From: Antedon mediterranea
Taxonomy: Eukaryota; Animalia; Echinodermata
NCBI RefSeq assembly: GCF_964355755.1
Contig: NC_092675.1
Coordinates: forward strand, 20,680,912 to 20,744,911
DNA length: 64,000 nucleotides
Reading direction: 5' to 3'
A model generated the notes under the pieces. The model saw only the letters and a list, made by a program, of their open reading frames with translations. It was not told the origin of the DNA and did not search any database. The translations under genes were made by a program, and so were the position numbers. This document shows, piece after piece, positions 26,547 to 37,400 of the stretch; position 1 is the first letter of the stretch, and each line of letters starts with the position of its first letter.

Positions 26547-27334
26547 GAATTAAGCCTAACATTAAAACAAACAGCTGCACTCACACCAAATCTTAAACGA
26601 ATTTTTGACAACATAGCCCTATATTTATATTTGCGTCATTTTTTGGTTCGTATCGTACCATGCCTAACTCAATTCGGAATGCATGTGAATCTTATACACT
26701 TACCATAACAAACTGAGGGGAGTAATTCAAGGTTAGTGGTCCAGGGGTCACTGTGTCCGAATCTGTGTTTCTGTTTATTTCATGTCCAATTAATCCTATC
26801 ACACTGTATTAGTTTATATTGATGCTTCAACGTTATGGCTCGACATAATCGATATCATAGTTTGTTTCTACGTTATCAAAGAGTTGTTTATACTAATTAG
26901 AGTTTCATATCAACAAAATTAGTACCCTTTCAGCAAGTTATCTAGTTCACTAAACCATTAAGAAATGTCTTCAATTATATCGCTTCAATGGAAACCAAGA
27001 TTAGATTGGCTCCAGTAGCCTAAAATCTATTACGGGGACAACTTCAGGACCCAATACAGTGGCCATAATATGTCCCAATGGGATGATAACTAACTATTGG
27101 TTGAAACGCAACGTTGACCTAAAACTTTGGACCAATGAACACCTTGTCATTCTAGGTCAAGTATAGGCATGACACGCCACTTGTGCCTAAATGTTTCCTA
27201 TGAAGGATGGTGTTAAAATAGTTATTTTTAATGTGTATAAACACGTGTTTCATGGAATACCACAATTATAATTAAAAGGAACCGACTATGTATCCAAATA
27301 GTGGATCAGTTGCTTGATACGTTTATGTTAATAG

Positions 27335-27371
27335 CCTAAACCAGGGAGTTGTAACAACTCCCTGCCTAAAC
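27335..27371. mobile_element. 23-bp palindrome (27342-27364) flanked by 7-bp TSD CCTAAAC; candidate P-superfamily excision footprint
   Basis: CCTAAAC|CAGGGAGTTGT-A-ACAACTCCCTG|CCTAAAC. Confidence 0.7.
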
Positions 27372-29171
27372 TAACCTTTCACTTTGTAGTCTACGGATCG
27401 TGTCCTCCAGACTACTGATGTTAATGATTTATTATATCTGTTGTGTAAACAAGTTATCCTTTGTTTACTCGTGTTCTTTCCATACAATCCCACGTGTCAT
27501 GCTTCAAAATGCTTATAAAAGCTATTAAAGCTAAATGTTGCCGTTGTATATACAATATTGCACAAATTAATCTCAATGTCAAATGGAACAATGATTTTGT
27601 TACACAGAAGCAGAAATTGAAAGGCTGTCTAATTTATGACATACTCTTTGTGTGTTATGATCTACGATTGATTAAAGTATGTTTAACAAACACAATTTGT
27701 ATGTAATTCTATGTGTACGTTGCAATTTAACACGTTTATGAATTTGATTTAATAAGACGATTTGAGTGGATAGTAAAATTGTAATAAGATGGTTAAGATG
27801 CTTTGTATTCTGGCTTGTGTAAGGATTATTTCTACGGAAAACCTCAAGAAGATTATTATATTTATGTAAAACATCTTTTGTGTAGGCTAATTGTTTGTCT
27901 TGCGGTGAATTAACACCCAGATATTGGAACAGTGAGAAAACTTCTTATATTACTTTTATGACAATCAGTCTAAACGAATAATCAAATTATAAGTACAGTA
28001 TGTTAATTTCTATCTTTTTGACCACAAAAAAAAAATCTAACAAACTGAGCGAAATACTTGGTAAATTACAGAGGGCGTGCTATTTAATATTTTGGTCTAT
28101 ATTGAAGATACAAATAGAATTATAGATATTTTTTTAATAAGCCTTCGTGTGTTAAATACTTTAAATTAAACTATAATAGGCATGGTTTATTTTAATATTT
28201 AGCTATTGTAATATTTGCTTTCGATTTTTTTCATTAAGATGACAAAGGGCAGAGGGATACCGTCACCGTAACTGTTGAAATGTTGAGGGCGTATGTATGG
28301 TATTCGAATGAGACAACACTGCAAACTGCTTATGACAACTGTCAATAAACTGACAGGCATCGTAATTTAATTTGCTTTTTGATCATTTCAGAATTTAATC
28401 ATTAAAATCCTTCTGATTTAAGTTAAAACATGTCAGTGTAGAAAGTCTACTAACTCCTTTTCTATGTTTCATGAATTTTGGCCCGAATAGTAAAGTGTAC
28501 AACGTTATTTGTGAGGAGACCAGAGACTACCGGTGTAACCTGGTTTCCAACGTGAACTTGTCGATGATGATGAGTGCGGTAATTAAACACGGATCAAAAG
28601 CTATAATATCTATAGTATTACGTGAGTTGCTGAATATTAAACTTTATTTTAAGTGGGCGTGGTTTTACCTATAATCTTTTTTTGATGATGAAAATATAAT
28701 ACACACACTTTCACCTAATTTTACTCCATATGCTCGCTGTCAAACTAATATCTGCTATTTTACTTCATTTTCCATATAATATTAATAGTATGCTTACTGT
28801 GATTGATGAACCGTATATATTTCTATAAATACCTGATCATTAAATAGACATGATATCGGAAAATCATACCAGAAAATATGAAGGGTTTTGAAATGTTCTC
28901 GACTTGTTCTTTCGGATAGTTCTATTAATTCTGATACGATGATTTTTTCAATTTTTAAGTTAGTTTGTTGTTTGTACAACAATAACAAAAGATGCCAAGT
29001 ATCAAGTAATAAGTACGCCTACAAAATAGCTATAATATTGATTATAATATAGTCTTGTTTTAAATGTTAATAGTTGGTATCCTGTTCTATTGTTTCCTAT
29101 TCATTATTCAGCATCGCAGCGCCCCGGAAGCAAACATATCCTCAGACATGAAAAAGAAATATATTTTTTTA

Positions 29172-30031
29172 AATCTGTATACTATTAATCTGTATACGGT
29201 ACTATTAATCTGTATCCTATTAATCTGTATACTATTAATCTGTATACAATTAATCTGTATTTTATTATAATGCGGTATACTATTAATCTGTATACTGTTA
29301 ATCTGTATCCTATTAATCTGTATACTATTAATCGGTATACTATTAATCTGTATACTATTAATCTGTATCCTATTAATCTGTATACTATTAATCTGTATAC
29401 TGTTAATCTATCTCCTATTAATCTGTATACTATTAATCTGTATTCTATTAATCTGTATCCTATTAATCTGTATCCTATTAATCTGTATTCTATCAATCTG
29501 TATACTATCAATCTGTATACTATCAGTCTGTATACTATTAATCTGTATACTATTAATCTGTATTCTATCAATCTGTATACTATTAATCTGTATACTATTA
29601 ATCTGTATCCTATTAATCTGTATACTATTAATGTATATCCTATTAATCTGTATTCTATTAATCTGTATACTATTAATCTGAATACTATTATTCTGTATAC
29701 TATTAATCTGTATACTATTAATCTGTATACTATTAATCTGTATTCTATCAATCTGTATACTATTAATCTGTATACTATTAATCTGTATCCTATTAATCTG
29801 TATACTATTAATGTATATCCTATTAATCTGTATTCTATTAATCTGTATACTATTAATCTGAATACTATTATTCTGTATACTATTAATCTGTATTCTATTA
29901 ATCTGTATACTATTAATCTGTATCCTATTAATCTGTACCGGTATACTATTCATGTATATCCTATTAATCTGTATTCTATTAATATGTATACTATTAATCT
30001 GTATCCTGTTAATCTGTATACTAATCTGTAT
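29172..30031. repeat. 15-bp minisatellite (TATTAATCTGTATAC)n, roughly 55-57 copies
   Basis: Direct inspection; variant units ..GTATCC and ..GTATTC; explains the YTINL/YRLIV/QINSI ORFs. Confidence 0.98.
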
Positions 30032-30419
30032 GATCTGTGCGATTAATCGTTCAAAATGGAGTTTACAGAAACAAGTCTTAGTTGTCTTCATCAGTATTTT
30101 CAATTACTGCATTCATATTATTTGCAATAATAATGTATTGATGGGTTTATGTTATAGCTTGACCTCTAGTTAGAATAACGTATTATTTATTCATAGACGT
30201 TTCACAGTGTTTTAATCAATACTTCATCCTTCTATTCGAACGTTTCCCATTTTTAAAACCTAAATTAGTATTTCACATTTCTAGTTTGCGTGTGGGAGCA
30301 CTCTTCCTGAATATACATTGAAGGGGGAGAAAACTAGGCCGAATTTGGGTAACGATAAGACGATTTCACTTTCATGCTCATAACGGTAAAGTATTTGTCA
30401 TGAGAAGAAAATCCTTACT

Positions 30420-30488
30420 TCTAACAGGATTTGAACCGAAGACCTTAGGATCGAAAAGAACCTATAGCATTTTAACAACCAAGCTACA
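30420..30488 (-). mobile_element. Degenerate tRNA-derived SINE head
   Basis: Minus strand reads TAGCTTGGTTG (A-box-like) ... GGTTCAAATCC (B box); no full cloverleaf recognised. Confidence 0.45.
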
Positions 30489-30605
30489 ACTCAACTCCAA
30501 TTTTATCCATATAGTACAAAAGTACCTTAAATTAAAAATGGTAAAATCGACGGGCATGCAACTCTGGGGATTTATAGAATACCCCTTCCCGCAGCCATCC
30601 AACTA

Positions 30606-30914
30606 TGAGTGGCCGAGCGGTTAAAACAGTGGAACCGTAATTACCTAGCCATAACAACGGCAGGGGTTCGAGGCTCACTCACTCCATGGTTCTGGTGGTA
30701 GAACGAGTCTTCTCGGATAAGGACTATAAACCGTAGGTCCAGTGTACACATCTGGCTCGTGTGCACTTTAAAGAACCTAGTACATCTTTCGAGACGAGTA
30801 GGGGGTTACCCCGGTGTATTAGTACATCACAGCCACTGATCACCAATAACACCTCTGGGAGACCAGTCATTGACTGAAGAGGTTACCCAGTATAAATATA
30901 TATTTCAATTTCAA
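30606..30914 (+). mobile_element. Full-length tRNA-derived SINE with Deu/Nin-like central domain
   Basis: A box TGGCCGAGCGG at 30610, B box GGTTCGAGGC at 30665, core TCGGATAAGGACTATAAACCGTAGGTCC..TAAAGAACC..TTTCGAGACGAGTAGGGG..CCCCGGTG, (TTCAA)n-like tail; near-identical inverted copy at 40793-41113. Confidence 0.9.
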
Positions 30915-31215
30915 CCACAAATTATTTATTAGTGGTCCCGCATATTTAAAAACTCCTGAATCTGCCCCTGCTTATACTATTTTTCTAATATCCTCGTTCA
31001 ATTTACATTGCTTATTCAAAGTTAATATTTAATGTGTATTCGACGCTTTAATGTGTCTATGGTTTACTAAACGTATCACAAATGACTTCCTTCTAATATT
31101 TAATTCAAAATCAGCATAGTGGAATATAATATGATAGGTACATTTTAAATTAATTTCTTCTTGCGTGCCAGCTTAAATTATTCAAATTTCTTATGATGTT
31201 CATTTTAACATTATT

Positions 31216-31400
31216 GGTTCCACTACAATATACTATGAATTTTACAGAGGACTAGAGAGTGTTGACAACTGGTTCGTTCCACTAATATACCATTAACAGA
31301 TATGACTATAGAGAGTATCGACAACTGGTTCCACTAAATACCATGAATTTAGCAGAGGCCTAGAGAAGGTAGACATGTAACTGTTCTACTAAAATATACT
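31216..31400. repeat. Degenerate ~58-bp tandem repeat, about 3 copies
   Basis: GTTCCACTA..ATA(C)..AGAGG.CTAGAGA..GACAACTG recurs at ~31217, 31276 and 31328. Confidence 0.7.
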
Positions 31401-33110
31401 TACTTATACTACTATAATAATTTATAGGCATATATTAAACGCAATTTCAGATATTAATTTTAACACTACTGGTATTCACGTCACTAATATACCATACATT
31501 AATAAGGCCTAGGAAATTATTATAAGCATTTATTTCTTATATTGCCAGCTAAAACAACATGTAATTATCTTACGCCATGAATGTGTATTTAGCTTAATGT
31601 GTTTGTGATATTGCATTAACAGTTTTTTTACATTTCTAAATGTACCACTAATGGATACGTATAAAACAAATTCAGATCCGGGTACTTTTTTATGTTATGT
31701 AATGACTATATCTAAAAATGTGTACTTAACGTGCGTGTGTGACAGCATTTACATATTCTACACTACAATATCCACCGACAGGAAGGGGCCAAATTTGTGT
31801 ATTGTAGACATTATTTGGTAATTTTAATACTGAAAATGTATCTTTCCTACCTTATCTCTATGCTGACCGTGGTGTTTCCATTCCTCTATGGTGTGTTCCT
31901 GATTGACCGCTGTATTCCTTCTACGTGAAGGCGAAGCCATATTCACTATTGAGCAGAATGTTTTAATATTTAGCAGCAAGCGGCTGAATCGTCTCTAAAT
32001 AAGAAAAATAATCAACATTATTCTCGTTACGTGACCAATTTAACAGACGTTAACTATAAAAATAATAGATAAATGTAACAAATTTAAACGGAATAGAATG
32101 CGGTTTACATTATACCGTTATTGGAAAAATACGTTGGGACATGTACAGAGATACATTAATAATATAAAGTAATTGAATAATTCTCGAACGTTTTTTGATG
32201 GTTATGAATAGGTATCTATATGCTTTACGCACTACAGGCTATATTCCTAAAAATTACATATTATATCTAATGAATATGGCATATAGTAAATAATTGCAAG
32301 CAATCATGACATTGCATGGGAGTCCACATCCAACTTTTATAAGTATCACGTATTAAAAAAAATCTGCTGTAACACACGTACACAAAATGCCTGAGTTATA
32401 CTATCCTAGTGGCAAAATAAAACATCATTAAGTAAGTCAAATTCGGCAAACTGATGTTAAAACACAATGAACGCTAATAAACTCAAGTCGCGTCTTTTCT
32501 CCTCACCAACGGTTAGATAGTGAAGGATGCACTTAGTCAGAATATGATAATTTCATTCGAACAGCGCTGAGGGATATGTAGCGAATCGAAGCTCTGTTGC
32601 TTATGAAATTTCGAATACAGTATAAGCGGCTGACTCACAACATAATGACCGCGTTTTTAAAATTTATAATGAGATACAATCGCGTTATGGGCGTATAGTA
32701 TCGCATAAGTAGTTAGAATCGTAATAAAAATAATATAATTAAGTTCACTTTTTATTGTGACATATTATATTTAATTGTATTAGGTATATGAATAACAAAT
32801 ATGGATGTGTGTAAATACGATAGATATACAATATTTACATTTTTACACTTTTTAAATTACTAAAATTTATAATAACATTTTTAAAATCAATTTTAAATAT
32901 TGACATGATGTACATCCGGTTTTCGAATAGCTCCATTAAAATATTTATATTATAGTCTAGACCATTAGTGGTAATATTCTCTGCACACCCCTCCCATAAT
33001 CTTTAAACCCTCCTTTGGGACACGTACACCAATTATTGGGACCCCTTATCAAAGAAACACTTTCATGAGCGTAAATGAAACGTAATGAACGAGGGAAAAT
33101 AATAAAATTA

Positions 33111-33276
33111 AGCTCTGTCTCCATTATCAAACTTAATGTGACAAAAAGTGTGATGTGCCCGAATATGGTGGCGATATGCCCAAATATGGTAGTAATATAA
33201 CATCACCATGTCCATATATGGGCACATCACATTTTTTTGTCACATAAAGTTTGATAGTGTAGGTCTAGACAGAGAT
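33111..33276. mobile_element. PIF/Harbinger-like MITE family A, TSD TTA
   Basis: TTA|AGCTCTGTCTCCATTATCAAACT ... TAGACAGAGAT|TTA. Confidence 0.88.
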
Positions 33277-34489
33277 TTAAGTGGCCAAAAAGCGGTACAT
33301 CCTAGTATTAAAGGACTTTGTTGGGACCGAAAGGTTTCCTGTTTCAGTCTACCATAATATAGTGGAATTTGAAAGTGATTTTACATAATTCATATTCACT
33401 TCAGATTGCCCAGTGTTCTTCATTCTATAGGCCGATATAATATTAATAGATTAGTGTTATTTTATACGCGGAATATATAGCTTTTAGTGCCTGGTGATTT
33501 AAATAAAATGAGACGGATCACGGCTATAATCCTACTTTGCAGCGACTCTGATTTGTAATTATGACGTACATGCATGCTAATTATTTAATTATTTGCTTAA
33601 TGTTCTTTATTCATAAACACTGTCTCAGCAGGTTATCTGTGAATGAATGGCCGACCATACTACCTATTACACGATCGTAATTTAAGTTTACACGTAGGCT
33701 AGGCCAATAGTAAGACTGGCCCAAATCTAGATTCTAGTAACAAGGTGTTGACACAAACAGCGTTCGTTATACAGGGACTAATTATAAAAATTAATTTAAA
33801 AACCGGTATATCACATAAAATATAAGGTATACAAATTAAAAACATCAAAAGTAAAACAAGAAAGTCAGTCTGCAGAGAAGATTATTATGAATTTGATAAT
33901 TTGATATTGAATGGTATTAGAAAATCTAGTTGTTTTTTAGTAACTAGTTCGGTAATATTGTTATTTCTTTTTAAAACTAACCGATTCTAAGCACGAATGA
34001 AGATAAGACAAATATACATATCTGCTGCGATCAGATACACGAATATGGTTTGTTAATTAATGAGTTCAATCTCATAGTACTGAAGTATATTTACAAATAT
34101 AACATTAACACAATGTCAATGCACTATTGACTTTATGTTATTAAAATGGATTGCAAATGTGTTAGATATATACGTTTTTTTCATAATGCACACCATTAAA
34201 AATCTATTAAAGAATATAATGACGTGTGATTTCAATGAATTTCAATTGTAGGATAATAATGACTTGAATTAAAAACTAAATATTCGAAGGAAAAACAACA
34301 ACTTTACCATACTGAATAGAATCGATTTTTACAATGTGTGACGTACTTCTATTTCGAAGTTGTTGGTTTTGATAATTATAGAGGGCAGCATTAGAATTAT
34401 ATTTCGGAGTTTGCGCACTTCTCTCGAAATGATTTTAAGCGGCAGATTTTATATTGTGTTTTCAAAAGGTTCCGAAGCCAGGCCTAGCT

Positions 34490-37400
34490 ATGTATATAAA
34501 AGAGATAATTTTAGATGGCTTTAAGTCATATGCACAAAGAACAGAAGTAAAAGGATTTGATCCACTTTTTAATGCCATTACTGGGTTAAATGGATCTGGG
34601 AAATCAAATATCCTGGATTCTATCTGTTTTCTTCTTGGTATTTCAAACTTGACACAGGTAAGTTTTTAGAGCAGTCACAGCAAGAGAGCCTGTGCTTGCT
34701 GCAGACGGAAACGGCTTGCCTTAGGGGCCTAGGATCTAGGCCTAGATATTAGGATAATTATGCCTCTTGGAATAAGGTACTTATATCTAGCTAAACGAAA
34801 GGTAAATCTAGGTGGCTAGCCGCATAGCCTAGCTAGGCCTAGCTAGAGTAGTGGGCTTACTAATTACTAACTATAGTTAGGCTAGACTAGGCCTGGCCCT
34901 ATATAGGCTACAGTATAGGGCCTAGCTAGGCCTAGATGCCTACACACAGATTGTGATAATGAATAAAAATGATGTTTGATTGCTCAAATAACAAACATGT
35001 ATTTTTGTATGTAGGCCTATGTTTGTATTTTGTATTTTTTATAGTAGGTACGCAAGGCTAGCCCTCTAGCTTGGCCAGTCTAGAGCTGGCCGCGTAATTT
35101 TTTTTTCCAGGACGAACGTGGGCAGAAAACTAGTCTGGGCTCCAGACGGAGTTTTTTCTTAATATTAGTAAAAATATAAATATTTTTGCACATATGGCGT
35201 TTCATACGTGTATTACTTGAGTTTGGATACTCCGTCTGGGGAACACGCAAAAGTCACGTGGTTTGACACCAAGAATTCTTGGTGCATAGATTATCCGGTT
35301 GACTAGTTTCAGCTGCATGCGATTGGCTACTCACTCGTACACCGTTTTAATATTCATATTTTAGAATTTCAAAGACTCAACAAATAAGATGGTACGCATG
35401 CACTATGTTACGTTTAGACAATGTGTACTTCTTGGGTACATTGATGAAAGTTTCTGAAGGCTAGAAAGGATTTTATATGGATCATTTAATCAGGGAGATG
35501 TAATTTACATCTCCCTGATTTAATATTACGCAGAGATAATTTGATTTAATTCCCACCCAGACCCTGTCCTGTTCTGTGTAGTGGTGGTGTAGCCCTGTCT
35601 GTTGTGTGTGAATCCTGTTGTGTGCCGGTGGTGGTATTATGTAGGCCTACCTTATTGGCGTTTTATTTGGCAGGTCATACGTGCGAGTTGAGTAGGACCT
35701 ATGAAGGAGGCCTAGGCTAAGGACTAAACAATTAATAAACAAAACAACTTGGCAACAGGATTTCATATTTCAACAGTCTCGATCGTACATTCAGCACTGT
35801 ACGAAGGCCTACTCGATCTTTTTCATTTTGAAACAAAATGATCATTGGTTGATTTGAAATCCATATTTACATACCTCCCGCCCCATATAGCCAAATACGG
35901 TATGATAACCTACGTCATTCTTATCGGATGTTTGCGGTCTGCAAATCGATTTCTATATGTGTTTCACAAGTCTGTATTTTCAGACAAAAATCGCGGTCGA
36001 AATAAAAACAAATAAAACAATACAGACTTGGGGCAAGTCTAGGAGAAAACATGAATAATTCATGATTAATTATGACATAATAGGGAACATTATAGAGGGC
36101 GCTATATAAGAATGCAGAAAGATTAAATAATTAGTGTAAACAACGTTTGTCAACCGAAATGTTTGGTCTAGTGGTAAAGGATTTAACCTATTACGCTGAA
36201 GCCCTCGGTTCGAGCTCTTTCATGAACATGTTTTTTTTAATAGTTGAGAGAGATTATTTAGAGGGTTAGGTTTAGTATATTTAGGAAATAGATCAGCTAT
36301 CTTTCAATTCTTTATAATAGAAAATAATTAAGGTAATGAATTATTCATGACTTCTGCCCACGTTCGTCCTGGAAAAAAAAAACACGCGAGCTGGCCTACC
36401 ATACCATCCATGATGCACCTGGGCATAAAAATGTTACTTAATAATAGGCCTAGCCTAAGCCCTATCCTTAGTTAGGTGACCATGACGCACCCAATTTGAT
36501 AGACTGTGAGAGACCATGTTGTTTATGATTTTTGATTGGTAAAGTGACGGACATTATTGACACACCATCGTTCATTGATGTGACATACCTTCTAGGTTTT
36601 TTGACGCACCCCTGCATCAGCAATTTTTTGTTTATGACACACCTCTCCCGGGGGTTGTATAGTGGGTCATACATACAGTTGACAAGTGCATTATTTATTG
36701 TTGTTTTATGATAGTCAATCTTGCTTATTTATTGTTGTTTTATGATAGTCAATCTTGCGTCTGACTGGAAAAACAACTTTAAAACAAGGCATTTTAGTAA
36801 TTTTATGCGTTGAACATGCCGAAAGAAAACCTAATTAATTTGATGCATGATGATCGACCATGCTGACCAAATGACTAATGTATTACTAAATATTGCTTTG
36901 ATGTACATCCTACTGTAGGTCTAACCAGTTGACTTATATTTGGAAATCTTGTCAAATAGTTTTAGCTTTTTTTAGGTGCGTGCCAGCAATTTACAGCAAC
37001 TGGTATACAAGAGCGGTCAAGCTGGAATTACTAAGGCAACTGTTACAATTCTTTTTGATAATGGAGATAAGAAACAAAGTCCTGTTGGATACGAGCACTT
37101 TGATGAAATAACTGTTTCTAGACAAGTAAGTATCGTCAGTAATTGCTACTATCATAGTGATAGTATCCATAAAATATGCACATACTAATATGTAGATCTG
37201 GTGGTATAACAAGTCTTCTCAGATAACTAGAACTCCCCACATCTGGCCTTAAAGACCCCAAACGCATCTTTCAGAAGAGTGTAGGGTTATTCCAGTGCAC
37301 TGGCAGGTCCATATCTGTCTGACACAAAGTGACCCTTTTATAAAAGTTGTTGTATGTGACATTTACTGCTGAGTACCTGCGTAGTCCACTGTCCTTTGAA

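Noticed and set aside
30060-30096. Hammerhead-ribozyme-like CTGATGA with stem II on the minus strand
   Set aside because: The required GAAA after stem II is missing, and stems I and III were not found.
29064-30173. Long ORFs of 188-258 aa with YTINL/YRLIV/QINSI repeats
   Set aside because: They are translations of a 15-bp satellite in several frames on both strands, with no splice or domain evidence.
30606-30680. tRNA gene
   Set aside because: A/B boxes are present but there is no proper cloverleaf, and it continues into a SINE body that is duplicated elsewhere.
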